Shown here piece after piece: positions 1 through 8,430 of a stretch of 24,993 nucleotides of DNA (its first letter is position 1; every line of letters starts with the position of its first letter). The notes under the pieces were generated by a model, which was not told the DNA's origin, made no database searches, and saw only the letters and a program-made list of their open reading frames with translations. This stretch comes from a plasmid: the sequence record NZ_CP065281.1; one strand, 5' to 3'. A program made the position numbers and the translations under genes.

Positions 1-1089
1 ATGTGGACCAGTCGCGCCGGCTGGCTCGACGGACTGTCGCGCTGGGTGCACTCGCCCGCGTTCGGACAGCTGTGCACTGAGGCGCGGGTGTCGATCACCA
101 CGGCCACGCTGTTGTCGATCGCCACGGTGATGGCCGAGCACGCCGATCACGGCACCGGCCGCCACGTCGCGGTCACCCGCGCGACAATCGCCGACAAGGT
201 GGGCTGCGACGTCCGCACCGTGACCGCCGCCTGGCGCGTCCTGAGGGTCTCCAGATGGGCCGTGGAAGCGCAGCGGGGCCACGGTTCGACAACCACCCCC
301 AGCGTCGGCCGCCGACCCTCGGTGTACCACCTGGTGCCGCGTCGCGAAGCCCGTCCAGCGACCCCACCACTCGTGCATGATTTCCACCTACCGCCGTCAG
401 GCGGTGTTGGTTGTTCTTCTCCCGTAGGGAGTTACTCACCAAGCGGGCGCGCGAGCGCGCCCGCCAACCGATGCTGCGACAAGACACGACAAGCCCGGCC
501 GCGGCGCGCTACCGCGCGACCGCTGGCCACCCAAAAACTGGCCGCGGGACTGGTCGCGCTCACCCATGGTCTCGACCGTGCCCACATCGGTGCCATCTGC
601 GATGCACTCACCGGAGCCGGGATCGACCCCGCGGTGTGGTCCGCGCGTGCGGTCAACGACGCCCTCAACGCCGACATGCGCGCCCGAGGAACGACCTGGC
701 CCGACCACATCGCCAACCCCGGCGCGTTCCTCGCCAGCCGGTTGCGACGGCTGTCCTGGGCACCCCCCGAGACGGCGCCGACAAAGGCCGGCGGCTGCGC
801 CGCCGCCAGCATCGACCAGACGCCGCGCCCGGTGGTGCTCACCGATGCAGCGCGGGCCCGGATCACCGCCGCCCGAGAAGAGATCCGCCGAGTGCTCACC
901 GACCGCGCCCAACGCAGCCGTGAGGAACACACCAGCAGCACGCCCGCCACGTCGTCGCGGCGCGACATCGAGCTGCCGGTCCAGACACGGCACGGCGGCG
1001 CGATGAACCGACTCGCAGCAGACCACCGCGCGGTCCGCGGCGACGCGATGGAGCGCACCGTAGAACCTTCGGGCCGACGACGCACCTAG
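1..1089 (+). CDS. HTH DNA-binding protein, 5' end outside window; possible plasmid replication or transfer regulatory protein
   Basis: ORF is open from position 1 with high GC3. N-terminal segment TATLLSIATVMAEHAD...VTRATIADKVGCDVRTVTAAWRVL looks like a helix-turn-helix. A low-complexity linker at nt 370-440 contains a hairpin (CCGCC-GTCA-GGCGG) followed by a T-rich run. No family is confidently recognised. Confidence 0.4.
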   Translation: MWTSRAGWLDGLSRWVHSPAFGQLCTEARVSITTATLLSIATVMAEHADHGTGRHVAVTRATIADKVGCDVRTVTAAWRVLRVSRWAVEAQRGHGSTTTPSVGRRPSVYHLVPRREARPATPPLVHDFHLPPSGGVGCSSPVGSYSPSGRASAPANRCCDKTRQARPRRATARPLATQKLAAGLVALTHGLDRAHIGAICDALTGAGIDPAVWSARAVNDALNADMRARGTTWPDHIANPGAFLASRLRRLSWAPPETAPTKAGGCAAASIDQTPRPVVLTDAARARITAAREEIRRVLTDRAQRSREEHTSSTPATSSRRDIELPVQTRHGGAMNRLAADHRAVRGDAMERTVEPSGRRRT

Positions 1090-1119
1090 CGGTGGCGAAC
1101 CGCCGCGCTGATGTTGCGG

Positions 1120-1330
1120 CCAGACGCGACTCTCAGCACCCCACCAGCGCCCTCTTCGTCGCTTCTCACTCACGTCTTCCGCAATGCTTCCCGCTTCTCT
1201 CCCTACCCCCTCGCTGTTCCATCTTCGCCCGCTCGCGCATCTCCGATGCCCTCTTCACAACCCCCTGACCGTCAGTACTGATCTACTACCATAACGATAC
1301 GGCACATTTGCACAAGTTTGTGCGATGCTG
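1120..1330 (+). promoter_or_regulatory. candidate oriT / relaxase promoter region: polypyrimidine tract followed by inverted repeats
   Basis: A strongly C+T-biased strand runs about 1120-1262. It is followed by CTGAC-C-GTCAG (1265-1275), direct GCACA repeats, and the inverted repeat GCACAA-GT-TTGTGC (1310-1323) in a locally AT-richer stretch immediately upstream of the relaxase gene. MobF oriTs typically lie upstream of the relaxase. Confidence 0.3.
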
Positions 1331-1405
1331 ATGGTGCCGGTTCCGTTCGGGGTGGTCTTCTTCGTGATTTCGGGCTGGGTCGGGCCGGGGAGGAGGTGGG
1401 TAAGG

Positions 1406-4312
1406 GTGTTGACGGTGGCGAAGTTGTCGCTGTGGTCGGTGAACTATTACAACGACACCGCGCGGGCAGTCGGCGACGCCGTGGCGGACCGGCAGAAAGC
1501 CAACGGAGGGTTGGCCGAGTACTACGCCGAACGTGACACCCGCACCCCCGTCTGGACGTGCGCGGGGGATGTGTCTGCGGTCGCGGAGTTGGTTGGTTTG
1601 AGTGCCGCTGAGCGGTCCGGTGGGGATGCTGATCCGGATGTGGTGGCGCGCTGGCTGGACGAGGGTGTGGCGCCGTCTGGGGAGTGTGGTCGGGCGCATG
1701 GCAAGGGCGGGGTGCACGGGTTCGATTTGACGTTTTGCGCGCCGAAATCGGTGTCGTTGGCTCGGGTGTTCGGCGGCGATGTGGGTGATAAAGCGGTCAC
1801 TGCGGCGCACCAGACGGCGGTCGCGGAAGCTTTGGAGTACCTCGCCGCGCATGCCGGCTACACCCGGGTGCACAACCCGGTGACGGGAGAAAAAGACCTC
1901 CAGAAGTTGCCCGGTTTGGTGGCCGCGGCCTATCAACATGAGACCTCGAGGGCGGGGGATCCGCACCTGCACACCCACGTGTTGGTGCCTAATCGGCAGG
2001 CCCGCGCTGATGGCCGGTTGGTGTCGATTGACGGCACCAGTTTGTTCCACGAAGCCCGCGCGGCGGGGATCATCTATCAGGCCACGCTGCGCCACGAACT
2101 GCACCGCCTGATCGGGGTGGAATGGGGTCCGGTGGACGCCCGCACGGGGATGGCCGAGATCGCCGGTATCGATGCGACAACGATCGCTGCCTGGTCGACG
2201 CGCAGCACGGCGTTGCGGGAGTGGGCGGCGAACAATCTGGCCGTTGTTGATGGCGCGGCGGGGCTGTCGCAGGCGCAGTTGGCAGCCGCGCAGAAGGCCA
2301 CGAGACCGCGTAAACCGGAGTCGCTGTCCTGGACCGAGTTGCGGGCGCAGTGGCGCGCCGATCGGCGCGGTCTGGCGGTGTCGCGCACCGCGCAACAAGA
2401 AGCCCGCATCGCGCGCGAACACGCGGCCCGAACGGCGGCAGCGCGCGTCAGCCGCAGCGGCATGGTGGTGGATCGTCGCGCGGTGGCGGCGATGGCCGCG
2501 CGCGCCGACAAAGCTGCGCTCACGCGGGCGGATCTGGTCGAGATTATCGGCGCGCAACTACCCCTGATCGTCGACAGCGGAGCCGGTGAGGATGGGGCCG
2601 CGTCGATGCCGCGGCAGGTCATCGAAGAGTGCGTGGATGCAGTCGGGATGCGGCTGACTGGGCCGCGGCGCGCGCATCAACGCGAAGGCTCAGAGCGGTT
2701 CACTGTCGACCTGATCCTGGCTGAAGAACGTCGCGTGTTCGATCTCGTCGACGCCACCAATGTGCGGGCGATGTCGTGGGTGCGCCCGGAGCACACCGCC
2801 ACCGCGTTGGGGCTGTCCGAACAGCAGTACCAGGTGGTCGCGGCGATCGCGTCCACACCACAGCTGGTGGTGCCGCTGTCGGCGCCGGCCGGGGCGGGCA
2901 AGACCACCTCGATGCGGGCGTTGCGCACCATCGTTGAACACCGCAGTACGGCGCGGATGATCGTGATCGCTCCGACCGGGAAAGCCGTCGATGTCGCCCT
3001 CGCTGAGGGCGCCGCGTCGGAGGGATACACCATGCACGCCGCACTGAGACGGCTCGCTGACGGCCAGTTGGAGTTGGGGCCGTTCGATGTCGTCGTGGTT
3101 GATGAAGCCGGCATGGTCGGCACCGATCAGTGGCGCCAACTCTTTGCCGCGACGACGGCGGCCGGGACGAAGACCGTCCTGGTCGGCGACGCTCACCAGC
3201 TAGCGCCGGTCAAAGCGCGCGGCGGGATGTTCGCTCAACTGTGTGACGAGCTGCCCTGGACTCAACGCCTGACCGAGGTGTGGCGCCAGCACGACCCCAC
3301 CGAACGCGCCGCGTCCCTGGCGTTGCGCGACGGAGGGCCCGCGCCGGTGCGCCGCGCGATCGACTGGTACCGCAACCACGACCGCCTGGCCTGTGGGGAT
3401 CAGGTCACCATGGCCGCCGACGCCCTGGACGCCCACCAGGCTGACCTCGCCGCTGGGAAAGATAGCCTGCTGTTGGCCGACACCGTCGAGATCACCGACG
3501 CGCTCAATCGCCGGGTCCACGACCACACTGTCGCTGAGCGCACCCGCCAAGAGCTTGAGGCGGCGACAATAACCGGGGCGCGCGGTCACCACATCACTGT
3601 CGGCGACGTGATCGTTACGCGCAGCAACGATCCCACCCTCACCGTCTACGCCCCCGATGACCGCACCCGCGTCCTGACCGGGGCGCCGGTGCGCAACGGG
3701 CAACGCTGGCAGGTCATCGCCGTCGATGACACTGCCGAGCATCCCCGCATCGCAGCCCGCCGACACGGTGACCAAGCGTGGGCCGTGTTCAGCGGTGACT
3801 ATCTGCGTGAGCATGTGCAGCTCGGGCACGCGGTCACCGTGCACACCGCACAAGGCGTCACCGCCGACACCACCCACGCCGTGCTCGCTGATACCGCCAG
3901 CCGCAACCTGGCCTACGTCGCACTCACCCGCGGCCGCCAGGCCAACCACGCTTTCCTTTACCACCGCGCGATCGGGGAAGGCGACCACCAACACCGTGAT
4001 CTTTCTGACGGGGTGCACCTTGCCTACCGCGGCACACCCACTCAGGCCGCCCGGGCGCTGCGCCAAGTCATCGGTCGCGACGAGCGGGCCCGCACGGCGC
4101 ACCGCACCGCCGCCGACACCCCCGCGCACGAGCTGCCTGAGCGGGTTGCCTCCCTCGTCGCAGAACACCACCGCGCCGTCACCGCCAGATTGAGCAGTCA
4201 CCGCAAAATTCAACGCAGACAACAGGATCGAGCCCTCGACCGCGCCCTAGGACTCGACCACAGCCAATCCCAACACCAGGGAAGGGATCAGGGCTATGAC
4301 CTCAGCCTCTAA
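1406..4312 (+). CDS. traA: MobF (TrwC/TraA-type) conjugative relaxase with C-terminal helicase domain
   Basis: Proposed GTG start at 1406 lies 6 nt after GGAGGAGGTGGG; the track ORF begins at 1325. The N-terminus has LAEYYAE (catalytic Tyr pair) and the His triad DPHLHTHVLVPN. The C-terminal half has Walker A (SAPAGAGKTTS) and Walker B (VVVVDEAGMV), as in TrwC/TraA relaxase-helicases. Confidence 0.85.
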   Translation: MLTVAKLSLWSVNYYNDTARAVGDAVADRQKANGGLAEYYAERDTRTPVWTCAGDVSAVAELVGLSAAERSGGDADPDVVARWLDEGVAPSGECGRAHGKGGVHGFDLTFCAPKSVSLARVFGGDVGDKAVTAAHQTAVAEALEYLAAHAGYTRVHNPVTGEKDLQKLPGLVAAAYQHETSRAGDPHLHTHVLVPNRQARADGRLVSIDGTSLFHEARAAGIIYQATLRHELHRLIGVEWGPVDARTGMAEIAGIDATTIAAWSTRSTALREWAANNLAVVDGAAGLSQAQLAAAQKATRPRKPESLSWTELRAQWRADRRGLAVSRTAQQEARIAREHAARTAAARVSRSGMVVDRRAVAAMAARADKAALTRADLVEIIGAQLPLIVDSGAGEDGAASMPRQVIEECVDAVGMRLTGPRRAHQREGSERFTVDLILAEERRVFDLVDATNVRAMSWVRPEHTATALGLSEQQYQVVAAIASTPQLVVPLSAPAGAGKTTSMRALRTIVEHRSTARMIVIAPTGKAVDVALAEGAASEGYTMHAALRRLADGQLELGPFDVVVVDEAGMVGTDQWRQLFAATTAAGTKTVLVGDAHQLAPVKARGGMFAQLCDELPWTQRLTEVWRQHDPTERAASLALRDGGPAPVRRAIDWYRNHDRLACGDQVTMAADALDAHQADLAAGKDSLLLADTVEITDALNRRVHDHTVAERTRQELEAATITGARGHHITVGDVIVTRSNDPTLTVYAPDDRTRVLTGAPVRNGQRWQVIAVDDTAEHPRIAARRHGDQAWAVFSGDYLREHVQLGHAVTVHTAQGVTADTTHAVLADTASRNLAYVALTRGRQANHAFLYHRAIGEGDHQHRDLSDGVHLAYRGTPTQAARALRQVIGRDERARTAHRTAADTPAHELPERVASLVAEHHRAVTARLSSHRKIQRRQQDRALDRALGLDHSQSQHQGRDQGYDLSL

Positions 4313-4706
4313 CACGTCGCCCGTGCTCGACGCCGACCGCATCGACGCCACCGCCGAGCGCATCGCCACCGACTGGGGACACCACGGCCACAGCACCATC
4401 ACCGCGATAATCACCGAGCTCTACGCTGAACTAGCCCATTTCCCAGCACATTTCAACCCGCAACAACGCGACGCCATCATCACCGACGCCGCCGACACCA
4501 CCGCCAGCGAACTCACCACACTGCTCGACGACCACATCTACCAAGAAGCCGACCAGCCACCGGTCACCGAATACGGCTGGGTCATGCACACCGACGACCG
4601 CCACGCCGCCGTCGTCGCCGCCCTCGCCAGCCACCTCACCTGGTGGCTCACCGAGCAACTCAACGACTTCATCGCCGACCGCGACGCCGCGCCGGGCGGT
4701 GACTGA
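4296..4706 (+). CDS. hypothetical acidic protein, co-transcribed with relaxase (17-nt overlap)
   Basis: 136-aa ORF with high GC3 whose start overlaps the relaxase 3' end. No recognisable domain. Confidence 0.5.
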   Translation: MTSASNTSPVLDADRIDATAERIATDWGHHGHSTITAIITELYAELAHFPAHFNPQQRDAIITDAADTTASELTTLLDDHIYQEADQPPVTEYGWVMHTDDRHAAVVAALASHLTWWLTEQLNDFIADRDAAPGGD

Positions 4707-5083
4707 TCTTCCCGTCGGGGCGTGTCCAGCCGCCCACCTGCATCTACGACGCTAGACTTGCCGCCATCTGGTGTGATCGTCGCGCGCCAAAACAGCCTCG
4801 GGAGTAGGCGCCTTCAAAAGTTCCGCGGTCCGTGTGCGCCTGTCGCGCACTCAAATACGCTGTTTCATGAAACACTAAAAGGGCGCTATCCGTGCGCCCA
4901 AAATCAACACCGCGACGCGCGCCCCGCACTAGTCTGCGCGGGAAACAAGCCCCTTCCCAGGGGCGGGGCGCCACACCCTAGTTTTAGGTCGTAGCAGCAG
5001 TAACCACGCTGCCGCCTCATCCATGACTTCCATTGCGGTGCAATGTATCCGCAATGGAATGACGCTCCCTGTGAGTGTCAACG

Positions 5084-5109
5084 GCCGGGTTCATCAACCC
5101 GGCTTTTTT
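5084..5109 (+). terminator. rho-independent terminator
   Basis: GCCGGGTT (5084-5091), loop CATC, AACCCGGC (5096-5103), then TTTTTT (5104-5109). Confidence 0.5.
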
Positions 5110-5188
5110 CATGTCCACCCACCGGTGGACTCTTCAGAAAGCTGCCTTTCCCAGTGGAGTGCGGCTTTGCCGTAGGAGGTAACGACAC

Positions 5189-5332
5189 ATGGACGTAGTC
5201 ACGCACGCCTGGGCTCTCGTCTGGCTCTTGGTACCACTGATCTACATCGCTATTCTCGGGCGCCGTGATGAGCCCGCCCAACGCCTCGAGGCGTTAATCA
5301 AAGCCCTCATCGACCGTCGCCCGAGACGCTGA
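5189..5332 (+). CDS. 47-aa single-TM small membrane protein (micro-ORF below the six-frame track cutoff)
   Basis: GGAGGT (5175-5180) lies 8 nt before ATG 5189. Translation is MDVVTHAWALVWLLVPLIYIAILGRRDEPAQRLEALIKALIDRRPRR, with a hydrophobic helix followed by a basic tail. The ORF sits between two plus-strand terminators. Confidence 0.45.
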   Translation: MDVVTHAWALVWLLVPLIYIAILGRRDEPAQRLEALIKALIDRRPRR

Positions 5333-5420
5333 ACCAGCCCCCTGGCATGCCCGAAAGGTCTCTGATGTCGTAGCTCCACGCGTCATCTGACGCACGCCTC
5401 CGCTGCAAGACTGCCTCTTG

Positions 5421-5461
5421 CCTCGCAGGTCGAGCACCAGCTCGACGAGCGGGGCTTTTTT
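5421..5461 (+). terminator. rho-independent terminator (imperfect long hairpin plus T6)
   Basis: CCTCGCAGGTCGAGC-ACCA-GCTCGACGAGCGGGG, then CTTTTTT (T-run 5456-5461). Confidence 0.45.
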
Positions 5462-5705
5462 ATGCCCAGAACGAGACCGCCTACTGTTCGGCCACGTGAC
5501 CGCCGCGCTGCGATACCGTCGCCGCAAATCGATCAGGGACTCGCTCGACGATTCGGAGCTGACACCGACCGTCGACCTACGGATTAAAAGTCCGTAGCTT
5601 CAGCCTGCGACGCAAAATGTCAGAGTATGCGCTGGTGAGCGGCGTAGCATACGAGCCGCGGGCATTTCACCTGAACCGGGCCCCAATATATAGGAGTCTC
5701 TCGGG

Positions 5706-6803
5706 GTGCCCACAGCAGAGGAATGGCGGTCATTGGCCGCTACCGGCATCGTCGAACTCTTGGAGACTGAGGGGGCGGCCACTCAGCCGGGTATGGAGGC
5801 CAAGCTGGCGGACGCGAAGTACGCCAAGTTTGACAGTCCAATTCATCCTCATCACCTGACGACTGCGCGCAACCGATTGCTTGATGCCGGGGTGATCGAG
5901 CGCATCAACGAACGGACGCGAGGTGGTCAGATAGTGGCCACTTTTGTCTTGGCGGATCCGTCGAAGGCGGTCTTGCGGATTGCTGGCCGGAAGCGTCTTC
6001 TGCACCGTCGCTATCTGAGCTGGAGTAGTGCCGCTGCGACTGAATGGGGTGCGCCACCCATTCCGGCGGCGCTGGAGCGGGTTATTCATCGCTCGCTGTT
6101 GGAGGCGGCGCCCCGCGGTTATCACCTTCTGCGCCCTGATGGAGGGGAAGTGGGGCAGATAGCAGGGAGGCCGGTCCCTGGTGGAAGCCTGGACAACGCG
6201 GCCTTTCACACCGGGGTGGGGGTCGATGGTTTGCCGGGCACCACAAAGCTGATGCCCATCGAGGCGAAGAACGTGCGCCAGTGGATTTACCCGCGAACGC
6301 AAGAGCTGTATCAGCTTCTTGATAAGTCTGCACGCCTGCGCGTGGCGAATCCGGACCTTCCAGTAATGCCCATCTTCGTGTGTCGGCGGGTGCAATTCTT
6401 AACGGGAAAGATGGCTCAGCAGTTGGGTTTTCACGTTATCCAAACGTGGCGGCAGTACGTCAGGCCGGCAGTCGCCCACACTGATGAGGATGCGCGGAAG
6501 TTCGAGGAACTTAACACCGAACTGTCGTACAACCTTGAACTTCATGAAGACAGTGTCGAGCCGATGGTCAAGCAGTTCACGGGAGTCATCCCGAAGCGTT
6601 GTGACGATGCGGCCGCGCGGTGGGGGCTCTTTGTTGCCCATCCTGATGTCCCAGATTTGGTCCATCGCATGCGCGATGACGGGATCAGCAATGACGAGCG
6701 TTATGACACGCTTGGTGAGCTCGCGGCGGCGGCGCGGGAGGTGTTCAGCGAGGACGTTGACTGGTTCCACGACGATGACCATGGAGAGCATCCTGACATC
6801 TGA
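5706..6803 (+). CDS. hypothetical protein with N-terminal wHTH-like region and a restriction-endonuclease-like (Mrr_cat / PD-(D/E)xK-type) motif
   Basis: GTG 5706 is preceded by AGGAG (5692-5696). The motif GVGVDGLPGTTKLMPIEAKNVRQW has the D...ExK arrangement of Mrr-like nucleases. The N-terminus HLTTARNRLLDAGVIERIN is wHTH-like. GC content is lower than in the flanking DNA. Confidence 0.6.
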   Translation: MPTAEEWRSLAATGIVELLETEGAATQPGMEAKLADAKYAKFDSPIHPHHLTTARNRLLDAGVIERINERTRGGQIVATFVLADPSKAVLRIAGRKRLLHRRYLSWSSAAATEWGAPPIPAALERVIHRSLLEAAPRGYHLLRPDGGEVGQIAGRPVPGGSLDNAAFHTGVGVDGLPGTTKLMPIEAKNVRQWIYPRTQELYQLLDKSARLRVANPDLPVMPIFVCRRVQFLTGKMAQQLGFHVIQTWRQYVRPAVAHTDEDARKFEELNTELSYNLELHEDSVEPMVKQFTGVIPKRCDDAAARWGLFVAHPDVPDLVHRMRDDGISNDERYDTLGELAAAAREVFSEDVDWFHDDDHGEHPDI

Positions 6804-6852
6804 CTCAGAGCGTATTCGACTGTACTGCTTTATATTTCAGGTTACATCTCGA

Positions 6853-7674
6853 TTAGTTGGTGGATGGATGTGTCACCGTAGCGACATCTAGTCGGCGGTG
6901 CACGAGCGACAGTGCCGTCGCCAGTTCGAGCAACTGGGTGTCGGTCACCGCTCGTAGGGCACGCGGATCGTGAGCCACCGGGTTCCTGAACATGCCGGCG
7001 AGGCCTTTGATGAGGTTGGCGAAGCCTGTTTGTTCATCACGATCGGTTTGGGAGGCCAGGTTGTTGATCGCAATGACTGGTGCCCCTGACTTCCCGAGGG
7101 ACAGTGCCGCATCGATCAGCGGGGCACCGTCGCCGCTGAGGCCCGACATCTGCCGGACTCGTTCGAACACGCTTTTTGTTGCTTCCAGGGAGGCGTGAAA
7201 GTTGTTCTTTTTGAGCAGCTCCACGGTGCAGTAGCGCAGCACTTCGCCGTGGGTGTCTCGTCGTCGTAGCTCTGCCCGCAATGAGGTGGCGTTGCGCGAT
7301 GCCTCGTCCAGGGTGGCGGACCGGGGGCCGCGGTGCACTTTGCCGGTGTCTTCAACGCGGAGGCCGACGAAGGTCAGCACCTCATCGAGCTGGTCTTGGC
7401 GCAGCGTGAACAGCTCGGGCCTGCCGATGTAGTTGGCGGGGTTCATCGCGTGCGTGATGAACGTGATGATCCGCTGCGGATGGCCATCGGTGTTCTGACG
7501 GCGGACGAACGCCTCCTCCAGCCGCTTCCACTTCGTCAGACCGGCGCCGGGATCGTCCATATCAAGACGGCCTAGCAGCTGACCAATCTCGTATCCGGTG
7601 AGGCCACCATGGGTGTCAGCAAGCACTTGGGCGACTCCCGTCAAGACGCCGAGATTCCACGAAGGTTCAGGCAT
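6853..7674 (-). CDS. HEPN-domain protein (Abi_C / TIGR02391-like), putative abortive-infection or toxin RNase
   Basis: Proposed start ATG 7674 (MPEPSWNLGV...); the upstream part of the track ORF overlaps the resolvase gene in another frame. The C-terminal LIKGLAGMFRNPVAHDP carries the Rx4H HEPN motif. Overall layout resembles the Abi_C-terminal family. Confidence 0.6.
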   Translation of the reverse strand: MPEPSWNLGVLTGVAQVLADTHGGLTGYEIGQLLGRLDMDDPGAGLTKWKRLEEAFVRRQNTDGHPQRIITFITHAMNPANYIGRPELFTLRQDQLDEVLTFVGLRVEDTGKVHRGPRSATLDEASRNATSLRAELRRRDTHGEVLRYCTVELLKKNNFHASLEATKSVFERVRQMSGLSGDGAPLIDAALSLGKSGAPVIAINNLASQTDRDEQTGFANLIKGLAGMFRNPVAHDPRALRAVTDTQLLELATALSLVHRRLDVATVTHPSTN

Positions 7675-8251
7675 TCTGTTGCCTTGCTTCACTATTGGCG
7701 ATATATCGATAGGCAGTGGCCCGTCCAATCCCAAACGCGGCAGCAAGCTCGGGGACCGGTTCACCGGTAGCTGCCAGGCGCCGCAGCTGCTCCTGTCGAT
7801 CGGGGCTGAGCTTTGTAGGCTTTGTCGCCGGTAGTTGCCGGGAACGGCGTGAATGCCGGGACGCGGCGCGGCGCTCCCGGCCGAGCTCGAGTTCGAGTTC
7901 CGCGAGGGTCGCCATGATGGCTGCCACGGCGCGGCCCGCAGGAGTGGCGGTGTCGACCCCCTCCCGCAGCGTGCGCAACATGATCTGGCGTTCACCGAGA
8001 TCGGCGATGGTGCGAGTGACTTCGGCAACCGAACGGCCCAGCCGGTCAACGGCCGCCACAACAACCGTGTCCCCGGCTCTCGCGTAATCCAGCATCGCAG
8101 CGAGTCCTGGGCGTTCCGTCCTGGCTGACCCTGAGAGCTTGTCGGTAAAAATTCGGCTCTCGCCGACGCCGGCAGCTGCGAGCGCGGTCAGTTGTGCGTC
8201 GAGGTCCTGGCCGGTGGTGCTGACTCGGGCGTAGCCGATGATCGCCGTCAT
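7667..8251 (-). CDS. serine recombinase (resolvase/invertase family)
   Basis: N-terminal IIGYARVSTTGQDLDAQ (catalytic Ser motif) and C-terminal HTH (GIGRATAYRYI). Its 3' end overlaps the HEPN gene start by 8 nt. Confidence 0.85.
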   Translation of the reverse strand: MTAIIGYARVSTTGQDLDAQLTALAAAGVGESRIFTDKLSGSARTERPGLAAMLDYARAGDTVVVAAVDRLGRSVAEVTRTIADLGERQIMLRTLREGVDTATPAGRAVAAIMATLAELELELGRERRAASRHSRRSRQLPATKPTKLSPDRQEQLRRLAATGEPVPELAAAFGIGRATAYRYIANSEARQQNA

Positions 8252-8259
8252 GCGATGAC

Positions 8260-8390
8260 TGTCTCACCGGACTCCGACAGTTCAGATCTGAGACACGCAG
8301 TGTGAGACAAGAAACGAGACACTGCGACCTGGCGCTGTGCGACCGCAGCGTTTGGCCGCGTGGGCTGTCTCGTTTCTTTAGATACGAGAC
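8260..8390. promoter_or_regulatory. res-like recombinase binding region
   Basis: Lies immediately upstream of the resolvase start. TGTCTCA (8260-8266) and TGAGACA (8289-8295) are 7-bp inverted arms. GTCTCGT (8367-8373) and ACGAGAC (8384-8390) are inverted arms with a 10-bp spacer. There are additional GAGACA direct repeats. Confidence 0.4.
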
Positions 8391-8430
8391 GGGGATAGTG
8401 CAGGCGCACGCAACGGCGGTGCGCCAGTCG

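Noticed and set aside
1286-2557. 423-aa minus-strand ORF (and the 340-aa ORF at 3200-4222) inside the relaxase gene
   Set aside because: Antisense to a well-supported relaxase with clear catalytic motifs. Products are Arg/Pro-rich and low-complexity, the typical open antisense frames of high-GC DNA.
4722-5527. ORFs 4722-4994 (+), 4744-4974 (-), 5078-5281 (-), 5294-5527 (-)
   Set aside because: Lie in a palindrome-rich noncoding stretch. The products are basic and low-complexity, and these ORFs overlap the terminators and the SD-preceded 47-aa micro-ORF.
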